A model generated the notes under the pieces. The model was not told the origin of the DNA and ran no database searches. It saw only the letters and a program-made list of their open reading frames with translations. A DNA stretch of 43,076 bases from an uncultured Streptomycetaceae bacterium (lineage in GTDB: Bacteria > Pseudomonadota > Gammaproteobacteria > Burkholderiales > SG8-41): the NCBI GenBank assembly GCA_964498105.1, contig CAZCGD010000566.1, positions 1 through 43,076 of the forward strand, given 5' to 3'. The first letter of the stretch is position 1, and every line of letters starts with the position of its first letter. Position numbers and translations under genes: made by a program. Positions 34,474 to 42,030 of this stretch are shown here, one piece after another.

Positions 34474-35037
34474 ATGACCGGCTTGTTCGACCTGGCAACC
34501 AATTTCGGCTTCGCGGCACTCGTGCTGGCGTGGACCGTTCAGGGCGTCGTGGAAATCCGGACGCAGGGGCTTCGACCCAGGCCTGTCCTCAAGTGCGTTG
34601 GGGCGATTACCCTCTACGGAGCGCTCGTTGGAGCCTGGTTTTACGTTCACCTCATCACCAAGGATCTGGTTGTCAGGATGGACTCGTTTCCCGCGGTATC
34701 GATAACGGGGAACTGGGGACAGGAGCTTGCTTCGGACAAGCGCACCGAGTACACGCGCATCCTCGCGAGTTCCGTGTTCGTGAACTCCGGAAAATTCATA
34801 CAATTCATCGACCAGGACAGCGTCCTGAAGCCGTATGCGCCAAGTGAAGCTGACGTCAGGCAGCGCGACGCATGGCTGCAAAACAAACACGAGTCGCTGT
34901 CCGACGCTCAGGCATACAAACAGTTCGCGCTGGTATGGCTGGCGGTCCTTCCGCTGGGCCTGGTGGTGGCCCTGTTCTGGCCGGGTGGACGACAGACGCC
35001 GCGCTCCAGCCCTCCGACGAAAAAGCGCGCGCCGTAA
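34474..35037 (+). CDS. Hypothetical membrane protein (about 3 predicted TM segments)
   Basis: ATG 34474 has AGGAG 7 nt upstream. Hydrophobic segments are FGFAALVLAWTV, VGAITLYGALVGAWFYV and FALVWLAVLPLGLVVALFW. GC is lower by eye. I recognise no family. Confidence 0.5.
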   Translation: MTGLFDLATNFGFAALVLAWTVQGVVEIRTQGLRPRPVLKCVGAITLYGALVGAWFYVHLITKDLVVRMDSFPAVSITGNWGQELASDKRTEYTRILASSVFVNSGKFIQFIDQDSVLKPYAPSEADVRQRDAWLQNKHESLSDAQAYKQFALVWLAVLPLGLVVALFWPGGRQTPRSSPPTKKRAP

Positions 35038-35197
35038 CCGGGCCGTGGTTCTGCCGAGACGCCAAGGCCGCCAGGAAAAAACATTTTAGTTTTCGGCGGT
35101 TTCCTAAAATAGCGGCCCGGGTTATTTTTACGGGTGAAAACAGGGCCTGTGCAGGCCGGTATAGACGGTAGAACGCAGTGCCCTGCCACTCCCACCG

Positions 35198-35239
35198 CTT
35201 GACCCATAACTTGACCGATACTTGACCCATCGGTAGTAT
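35198..35239 (+). promoter_or_regulatory. Three CTTGACC direct repeats with a candidate sigma70 promoter just upstream of fic
   Basis: CTTGACC occurs at 35198, 35210 and 35221, a spacing of 12 and 11 bp. TTGACC (35211-35216), a 17-nt spacer and TAGTAT (35234-35239) form the candidate promoter. The fic ATG is at 35247. Confidence 0.3.
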
Positions 35240-35246
35240 CGGCGGC

Positions 35247-36248
35247 ATGAGCTACCGTCCGCAGTTCACGATTACGCCCGGGTTGCTGGCGCGCGTGGAG
35301 GTCATCGCGGTACTGCGCGAACGCATCCAGGGCGCGGCGGTGCAGGTGGCCTGGATCCCCGCCTTGCAGAAGGACACGCGCGCCCGGAACGCGCATTCGT
35401 CCACCGCAATCGAGGGCAACCCCCTTACGCTGGAGCAGGTGCGCGCCGTCGAGGAGGGGCAGCCCCTGACCTTGCCGACGCGGGCGCGCCGGGAGGTCGT
35501 TAATTACTTCGCGGCGCTGCGGCATATCGAAAAGCACGCCGCGAAAAGGCGAATCGTGCACGAAGACGTGCTGCGCTTGCACGCCATCATGGCCGGAGAG
35601 GTGATGGATCAGGGCGAAGCGGGCCGCTACCGGACGATGCGGGTGCGAGTTGGTCTCTATTTCCCGCCGCCGCCGGAGGAGGTCTCGGGACTGATGTTCG
35701 ATTTCCTCGAATGGTGGAGCGACAAATCGCGGACGCTGTCCCCCGTGCTGAGTTCGGCGATCGTGCACTACCGGTTCGAAGCCATCCACCCGTTCGCGGA
35801 TGGCAATGGCCGGACGGGCCGCGCGCTCGCCTTGTGGGAGCTCTACCGACGCGGATTCGATACGCACCACATCTTCTCCGTGGACGAGTTTTTCTGGGAG
35901 GACCGCCCGCGTTACTACGCGGCGCTGCAGGCGGTGCGGCAGCAGGACGAGGACCTCACGGCCTGGCTCGAATATTGCACGGAGGGACTTCAGCAAACGC
36001 TGGAGCGTGTCTGGCAGCGGGTCCAGCAGCTCTCCGCATCGCGCGGCCGGCTGCAGCTGGTGCTCCGCCCGAAACAGGAACAACTGCTGCAGTTGTTGCG
36101 GTCGCGGGGCAGCCTGAGCCCGCGCGAAATCTGGGATGGCCTTGAAATCTCCAAGCAGGGAGCGATGGATTTGCTTCGGCCGCTTCTCAAGGCCGGATTG
36201 ATCAAGCGGGTGGGCACTTTGAAAAACGGGCGCTACGTACTCAAATGA
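35247..36248 (+). CDS. Fic/Fido-domain protein with an N-terminal inhibitory motif and a C-terminal winged-helix-like tail
   Basis: The Fic motif HPFADGNGRTGR lies at 35787-35822. The inhibitory (S/T)xxxE(G/N) motif STAIEG lies at 35400-35417. Confidence 0.85.
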   Translation: MSYRPQFTITPGLLARVEVIAVLRERIQGAAVQVAWIPALQKDTRARNAHSSTAIEGNPLTLEQVRAVEEGQPLTLPTRARREVVNYFAALRHIEKHAAKRRIVHEDVLRLHAIMAGEVMDQGEAGRYRTMRVRVGLYFPPPPEEVSGLMFDFLEWWSDKSRTLSPVLSSAIVHYRFEAIHPFADGNGRTGRALALWELYRRGFDTHHIFSVDEFFWEDRPRYYAALQAVRQQDEDLTAWLEYCTEGLQQTLERVWQRVQQLSASRGRLQLVLRPKQEQLLQLLRSRGSLSPREIWDGLEISKQGAMDLLRPLLKAGLIKRVGTLKNGRYVLK

Positions 36249-36378
36249 CGCCCAGGAACAACGGCAAGCGTCATGCGACCCCGTAGTCGCTGAACGGCGA
36301 ACTGATTCCTTATCTGCGCGAACTGAATTCGCGTGTAGTAATATTTGTCGATCGAGAAGGCACTGAAAAGGAAATCGT

Positions 36379-36822
36379 ATGCGCCCCGCATTCACCAAAG
36401 ATCCGCTGTTCAGGAAAGGCCTGAAGATCCGCAAGCAGGTGGTCGGCGCCGAGTACGTCGAGCGCCGGCTGGCCGCGGCGAACCAGTACACCTGGCCGTT
36501 CGAGGAGTTGGCCACCAAGGTTGCCTGGGGCATGGTGTGGGGGCGGCCGGGCCTGTCGCGCAAGACGCGCAGTTTCCTCAACATTGCCGCGTTGACGGCG
36601 ATGAACATGCGGCACGAACTGAAGCTCCACATCCGCTCCGCGCCGCGTAACGGCCTCACGCGCAAGGAGATCGCCGAGGCGCTGCTGCATTGCACGGTTT
36701 ACGCCGGCGTGCCCAAGGGCCTGGATGCGCTGCGCTTGATGCAGGAAGTGTTCGACGAAGTCGATGCCGCGAAAAGAACGAGCAACAATCGAACCGCCAA
36801 GACTCCAAGAAATACAAAATAG
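36379..36822 (+). CDS. Carboxymuconolactone decarboxylase (CMD) family protein
   Basis: VWGRPGLSRKTRSFLNIAALTAMNMRHELKLHIRSAPRNGLTRKEIAEALLHCTVYAGVPKGLDA is the PcaC/CMD pattern. The low-complexity tail and the TAG stop run into the family B element. Confidence 0.85.
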   Translation: MRPAFTKDPLFRKGLKIRKQVVGAEYVERRLAAANQYTWPFEELATKVAWGMVWGRPGLSRKTRSFLNIAALTAMNMRHELKLHIRSAPRNGLTRKEIAEALLHCTVYAGVPKGLDALRLMQEVFDEVDAAKRTSNNRTAKTPRNTK

Positions 36823-36921
36823 ACAGGATTAACAGGATTTACAAGATCAAGAATCAAGAACAGGTTAGTGTTTGCGGTTTCTGTTTTTGAATCTTGTTAA
36901 TCATGTAAATCCTGTCTATTC
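36818..36921. repeat. 104-bp AT-rich hairpin element, family B copy 2
   Basis: It has a perfect 13-bp terminal inverted repeat AATAGACAGGATT / AATCCTGTCTATT. Length and ends match copy 1. The element supplies the TAG stop (36820-36822) of the CMD gene. Confidence 0.85.
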
Positions 36922-36933
36922 GTTGTTTCGACG

Positions 36934-38532
36934 ATGAAGAGGCCGCTCGAAGTCCTCAGGCTCTACCCGGAGCACGACTACACTTTGAACGGCGCGTTCG
37001 AAAGTCGGGCGCAGCGCGATCCGCAGCGCCCGTTCATCCTGTTCGGCGGGAAAACCTGGAGCTGGGCGGAGTTCGGCGCGGCGGTCGAGAAGGCGGCGCG
37101 CTTGCTCGTCGCGCGCGGGATCAAGAAGGGCGACCGCGTTGGCGTGCTGGCGCGCAACGATATCGGCCACGCGTTGCTGCTGTTTGCCTGCGCGCGCAGC
37201 GGCGCGATCATGGTACCGAGCAATCCCGAGTTCGGAGTGCAGGAGGCGGGCTATGTCTTCAAGCACGCGGGCGTGTCCGTGGTCGCCTGCAACGAGGACG
37301 TGCTGCCGGTGGTACGCGAGGCCTGCGACGGAATCACGCCAGAACCGTGGTTTATGTTGTTCGACGGCCGGTCCGCCGGCGCGCCGCATTTCTTCGATGA
37401 GATCGCGCGCGCGCCGGACGTGGAGATGCCGCAGCCGGCCGGCCCCGACGATACCGTGCTCATCATCTACACCTCGGGCACCACCGGTTTTCCCAAGGGG
37501 GCGATGCACAGCCAGCGCAGCTTCGTCCTGGCGGGCGAATCGAACCTCTCGCGCCTGTGGCTGCAGCCGGAAGAGCGCATGATGGTGGTGCTGCCGATGT
37601 TCCACGTCAACGCGCTGTTCTACTCGACCGCCGGGGCGCTTGCCGCGGGCTGCACGCTCGCGCTGATGCCGCGCTTCTCGGCGTCCGGGTTCTGGGACGC
37701 AGCGGTCGAGTACGGCGTGACCCAGGTCAACATTATCGAGGCGATCGGCCGCATCCTGGCGCGGCGGCCACGCTCGGAGTTCCGGCCCGGGCACAAGATC
37801 ACCAAGCTCTACGGCGCGCGCGCCGATATCGTTGCGACGTTCCGCGACGAGTTCCACATCGAGCATCTGCTCGGCGGCTTCGGCATGACCGAGATTCCGG
37901 GCGTGTGCTGCAATCCCTTCGAGGGGCCGAACCAGCAGGGCACGATGGGGCCGGCCGGGCGTCATCCCGACCCGAGCCGCCAGTGGGCCGAATGCAAAGT
38001 CGTCGACGACGACGGCAACGAGGTCGGCGCCGGCGTGGCAGGGGAGCTCTGGGTCAGGCACCCGATCGTCATGCAGGGCTACTTCCGCGACCCCGAGCAG
38101 ACCCGGGCGGCGTTTCACGACGGCTGGTTCAAGACCGGGGATCTGGTGTCGCGCGACGCGGACGACTATTTCACCTTCGTGTCGCGCAAGAAGGACATCA
38201 TCCGCCGCCGCGGCGAGAACATCGCCGGCGCCGAGATCGACCGCGTCATCCAGTCGCACCCCGGCGTGTTCGAAGTGGCGGCGGTGCCGGTACCCTCCGA
38301 ACTGGGCGAGGACGAGATCCTGGTTGCGATCGTGCCCAAGCCGGGCGTGACGCTGACGCCGCAGGACATCGCCCAGTGGTGCTCCGAGCGCCTGGCCGCG
38401 ATGAAGGTGCCGCGGTTCGTGCTGTTCGTCAACGACCTGCCGCATACGCCGACGCACAAGGTCGCCAAGCACGTGCTGAAGGCCGACAAGACCCTCAGAG
38501 CCCGCGCGGTCGACTTGCAAGCTGGGTCTTGA
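36934..38532 (+). CDS. AMP-dependent acyl-CoA synthetase/ligase
   Basis: It has the ANL motifs IIYTSGTTGFPKGAM, GWFKTGDL and KKDIIRRRGENI. The protein is 532 aa. Confidence 0.9.
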   Translation: MKRPLEVLRLYPEHDYTLNGAFESRAQRDPQRPFILFGGKTWSWAEFGAAVEKAARLLVARGIKKGDRVGVLARNDIGHALLLFACARSGAIMVPSNPEFGVQEAGYVFKHAGVSVVACNEDVLPVVREACDGITPEPWFMLFDGRSAGAPHFFDEIARAPDVEMPQPAGPDDTVLIIYTSGTTGFPKGAMHSQRSFVLAGESNLSRLWLQPEERMMVVLPMFHVNALFYSTAGALAAGCTLALMPRFSASGFWDAAVEYGVTQVNIIEAIGRILARRPRSEFRPGHKITKLYGARADIVATFRDEFHIEHLLGGFGMTEIPGVCCNPFEGPNQQGTMGPAGRHPDPSRQWAECKVVDDDGNEVGAGVAGELWVRHPIVMQGYFRDPEQTRAAFHDGWFKTGDLVSRDADDYFTFVSRKKDIIRRRGENIAGAEIDRVIQSHPGVFEVAAVPVPSELGEDEILVAIVPKPGVTLTPQDIAQWCSERLAAMKVPRFVLFVNDLPHTPTHKVAKHVLKADKTLRARAVDLQAGS

Positions 38533-38536
38533 CCTC

Positions 38537-38660
38537 GGGAAATCCCAAATCCCAAACTCCAAATCCCAAACAACTCACAGCTGGAAGCTCCAAACGCTTG
38601 GAACTTGATGCTTGGTGCTTGGAGTTTGTTTGTAATTTGGTGCTTGAACTTTTGGTGCTT
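38537..38660. repeat. AT-rich repeat element, family C copy 2 (inverted relative to copy 1)
   Basis: Heptamers AATCCCA AATCCCA AACTCCA AATCCCA are followed by ...cttggtgcttggagtttgtttgtaatttggtgcttgaacttttggtgctt. By hand the reverse complement of copy 1 aligns along its length. It fills the convergent gap between the ligase and cytochrome c genes. Confidence 0.8.
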
Positions 38661-38665
38661 CCTCG

Positions 38666-39280
38666 CTATTGATGGGCGAGGTAGTGCGCCAGCGCCTGGA
38701 TATCTCCATCCGGCATCTTGTAGAGAATGCCATTCATGTTGGTGTCGGCGCCCGTGCGTTTGTTGTCCCGGTACGCCTTCATGGTCGCGGCGAGATAATC
38801 CTCCCGCTGGTTCGCGATCAGCGGCACCTGCTTTTGCCCCCTGTAGTCCCCGAGGTGGCAGCTACCGCAGCCCAACGTCCGTGACAGCGCCGCCCCGCGC
38901 GCGCGCATCTGCGGATCCGGCTTCGTGCCGCCGCGCGGGGGCGCCTGGCGCGCGTAGTAGGCGGCGATGTCGAAGAAGTCCGGGTCGGTGATGCCCTTCA
39001 GCATTCCCGCCATCTGCGGCGCTTCGCGCAGCCCCTCGCGCAACAGGAACAACTGCAACACCGTATAGTCCTCAGGCTGGCGCGCAAGGGACGGCGTGAG
39101 GGGGAGCGGCTCGCGATCGGGCGTGCCATGGCATGCCGCGCAGGGTCTTGCCAGCGTTTCGCCGCGTGCCAGGTCGGCCTTGGACTGCGCCAGCACCACG
39201 CCCGCGGCGCACGCGAGGCCCACAAAAACAAAAGCGCGGCGGATGCCTGGCATCCACCGCGCTGATGAAGGTCGCAGCAT
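38666..39280 (-). CDS. Diheme c-type cytochrome (c4-like)
   Basis: Two CxxCH motifs are present (CAACH and CGSCH), with a signal peptide. ATG 39280 directly abuts the TAG of the upstream dehydrogenase gene. Confidence 0.8.
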   Translation of the reverse strand: MLRPSSARWMPGIRRAFVFVGLACAAGVVLAQSKADLARGETLARPCAACHGTPDREPLPLTPSLARQPEDYTVLQLFLLREGLREAPQMAGMLKGITDPDFFDIAAYYARQAPPRGGTKPDPQMRARGAALSRTLGCGSCHLGDYRGQKQVPLIANQREDYLAATMKAYRDNKRTGADTNMNGILYKMPDGDIQALAHYLAHQ

Positions 39281-40549
39281 CTATTTCTGGTGGGTCACCC
39301 GGTAGATGGCGCCCATCTGCTCGTCCGAGACCAGCAGCGAGCCGTCGGGCAGTTGCAGCACGTCCACCGGACGGCCCCAGAACGCGTTTGCCTTCGGGTC
39401 CATGAAGCCGGTCATGAACGGCGTCACCTTCGCGTTCTTGCCGTCGGCAGTCGCTCTCACATTCGCGACGTCGAAGCCGAAGAGGGTGCTGCGGTTCCAC
39501 GAGCCGCGGCGCGCCACGAAGATCGAGTTCACGTAGTCCTTCGGGAACATGGAGCCACTGTAGAAGCGCATGCCGAGAGCTCCGGCGTGCGGGCCCATCA
39601 GCGCGACGGGCAGGGTCACGCCCTTGCACGGGTCCTTCTTCTTGATGTCCATGTCGGGGATGCCGTTGGCGTGGCAGTACGGGAAGCCGAAGAACTCGCC
39701 CATCTTGGAGACGCGGTTCAGCTCGTCCTGGGGGCCGTTCTCGCCCTGCCAGTCGCGGCCGTTGTCGGTGAACCACAGCTCACCCGTTTGCGGATGGAAA
39801 TCGAAGCCGACGGTATTGCGCACCCCGCGTGCCATCACTTCCATGTTCGAGCCGTCAGCTACGTAGCGGCGGATCTGCGCGAATTCCTCCGTGGGCTCGC
39901 AGATATTGCAAGGCGCGCCCACCTGCACGTAGAGCCGGCTGTCCGGGCCAAAGGCGATGAACTTCCAGTTGTGGTGCCCCACGGGCAACTTGAACTGCTC
40001 GGTCAGCTCGACCGGCTTCACATTGGGATTGTCCTCGATGCCGTCGTAGCGGAAGACGCGATTGATCGCCATGACGTAGAGGTTGCCGCCCTGGAACGCG
40101 ACGCCGTTCGGCTGGTTGAGCTTCTCGGCGATGATGCGGTGCGTGCGGCTCCCGCCCTGGTCCTTGATCTCATAGACGCGCCCGATGATACGCGTGCCGG
40201 CCCAGATCGTGCCCTTGCTGCCGCGCGTCATCATGCGTACGCCCGGCATGCCGTGGGCCCACACCTCGACCTGGAAGCCCTTTGGCACCTTGATCTTGTC
40301 GACGGGAATTTCGGAGAGCGGGGTCACCGTCATCTTGCCGGGGTGGGGATTCAGGTTGGGGTTCTTCATGCGCTCGGGGAAATAGCCGCCCTTCGACTTC
40401 TGGCCCGCGATCGCCTTTTCATCCGGCGCCTTGGTCGGGGGGCTGATCATCTGTTGCGCCACGGCGTACGCTCCGACAGCGCCGAGCGCGCCCATCGTGA
40501 GCACCTTGACAGTGCGGCTCCCTAAAACGCGTGCAAGAAATGCTTTCAT
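39281..40549 (-). CDS. PQQ-dependent sugar/sorbosone dehydrogenase family protein, copy 1
   Basis: ATG 40549 is preceded by AGGAGAG. The GSDH-type pattern GVRNTVGFDFHPQTGELWFTDNGRDW...DELNRV...FGFPYCH is present. There is an N-terminal signal or anchor. Confidence 0.8.
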   Translation of the reverse strand: MKAFLARVLGSRTVKVLTMGALGAVGAYAVAQQMISPPTKAPDEKAIAGQKSKGGYFPERMKNPNLNPHPGKMTVTPLSEIPVDKIKVPKGFQVEVWAHGMPGVRMMTRGSKGTIWAGTRIIGRVYEIKDQGGSRTHRIIAEKLNQPNGVAFQGGNLYVMAINRVFRYDGIEDNPNVKPVELTEQFKLPVGHHNWKFIAFGPDSRLYVQVGAPCNICEPTEEFAQIRRYVADGSNMEVMARGVRNTVGFDFHPQTGELWFTDNGRDWQGENGPQDELNRVSKMGEFFGFPYCHANGIPDMDIKKKDPCKGVTLPVALMGPHAGALGMRFYSGSMFPKDYVNSIFVARRGSWNRSTLFGFDVANVRATADGKNAKVTPFMTGFMDPKANAFWGRPVDVLQLPDGSLLVSDEQMGAIYRVTHQK

Positions 40550-40620
40550 GCCGTCTCTCCTTTGGTAGCAATGGCGCGGCGAATGATGCAACTCCGCCGC
40601 GCCGCGTCGGGCCTCCGTAA

Positions 40621-41892
40621 CTACTTCTTGTAAGTCACCCGGTAGATAGCGCCCATCTGGTCGTCCGCGACCAGCAGCGACCCGTCGGGCAGCTGCATGA
40701 CATCGGCTGGACGGCCCCAGAACTTGTTCTCCTTCCCGTCCATGAAGCCCGTCATGAACGGCGTCACCTTCGCGTTCTTGCCGTCGGCGTTTGCCCTTAC
40801 GTTCGCGACGTCGAAGCCGAAGAGCTGGCTGCGGTTCCAAGAGCCGTGCCGCGCGACGAAGATCGAATTCTTGTATTCTTTCGGGAACATGTCGCCCGTG
40901 TAGAAGCGCATGCCGAGCGCCGCGGCGTGCGGCCCCATCAGCGCTACCGGCATGGTCACGTCTTTGCATGGATCCTTCTTCTTGAAGTCCATGTCGGGGA
41001 TGCCGTTCGCGTGGCAGTAGGGGAAGCCGAAGAATTGTCCCATTTTCGAGACGCGGTTCAACTCGTCATCGGGTCCATTCTCGGTTTGCCAGTCACGCCC
41101 GTTGTCGGTGAACCACAGCTCGCCGGTCTGCGGATGGAAGTCGAAGCCGACCGTGTTTCTCACTCCTCGCGCGATCACTTCCATGTTCGAGCCGTCCGCA
41201 ACGTAACGCCGGATCTGCGCGTGCTGGTCGCTCGGCTCGCAGATGTTGCACGGCGCGCCGACCTGGACATAGAGCCTGCTGTCGGGACCGAAAGCGATGA
41301 ACTTCCAGTTGTGATGGACATCGGGCGGCAGCTTGAACGCCTCGGTGAGCTCCACCGGCTTCACGTTGGGGTTGTCCTCGATGCCGTCGTAGCGGAAGAC
41401 GCGGTTGATCGCCATCACGTAGAGATTGCCGCCCTGGAACGCGACGCCGTTGGGCTGGACCAGCTTCTCGGCGAGGATGCGGTGCGTGCGGCTCCCACCC
41501 TGGTCCTTGATCTCATAGACGCGCCCGATGATACGCGTGCCGGCCCAGACCGTGCCCTTGCTGCCGCGCGTCATCATGCGTACGCCCGGCATGCCATGCG
41601 CCCACACCTCGACGTGGAAGCCCTTCGGCACCTTGATCTTGTCGACGGGAATTTCGGAGAGCGGGGTCACCGTCATCTTGCCGGCGTGCCCCGACAGGTT
41701 CGGGTTCTTCATCCGCTCGGGGAAATAGCCGCCCTTCGACTTGCGTTGCTCGACCTCCTTGGCGCTGGGTGGATTGGTCTGCGGGCCGACCAGCTGCTGG
41801 GCGAGGGCGTACGCGCCTGCCAATCCGAGCGCGACGGACGCAAGCGCCCTGACCGCAGTAGACCGGAAAAATCTCTTCAGGAAAGCGTTCAT
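40621..41892 (-). CDS. PQQ-dependent sugar/sorbosone dehydrogenase family protein, copy 2 (tandem paralog)
   Basis: ATG 41892 is preceded by GGAGGAG. The protein is colinear with copy 1. Long identical peptide runs include KSKGGYFPERMKNPNL, MTVTPLSEIPVDKIKVPKGF and GVRNTVGFDFHPQTGELWFTDNGRDW. Confidence 0.8.
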   Translation of the reverse strand: MNAFLKRFFRSTAVRALASVALGLAGAYALAQQLVGPQTNPPSAKEVEQRKSKGGYFPERMKNPNLSGHAGKMTVTPLSEIPVDKIKVPKGFHVEVWAHGMPGVRMMTRGSKGTVWAGTRIIGRVYEIKDQGGSRTHRILAEKLVQPNGVAFQGGNLYVMAINRVFRYDGIEDNPNVKPVELTEAFKLPPDVHHNWKFIAFGPDSRLYVQVGAPCNICEPSDQHAQIRRYVADGSNMEVIARGVRNTVGFDFHPQTGELWFTDNGRDWQTENGPDDELNRVSKMGQFFGFPYCHANGIPDMDFKKKDPCKDVTMPVALMGPHAAALGMRFYTGDMFPKEYKNSIFVARHGSWNRSQLFGFDVANVRANADGKNAKVTPFMTGFMDGKENKFWGRPADVMQLPDGSLLVADDQMGAIYRVTYKK

Positions 41893-42030
41893 CGTTATTC
41901 TCCTCCGCAGGTTGAGCTGATCCCGCCCGTCGTCATTGCGGGCGCTCCCATCATACACACAGGGTACGGCAGGTAAAGTGGGGGTTGCCCGCTCGCCCTG
42001 CTGATAGAATCCGGCCACGGGGAGGCCGTC

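Noticed and set aside
236-38660. CRISPR arrays as an explanation for the short tandem repeats
   Set aside because: The units are 7-10 nt and directly abutting, with no unique spacers. No cas genes are present. The arrays come in complementary pairs that form hairpins, which is not CRISPR architecture.
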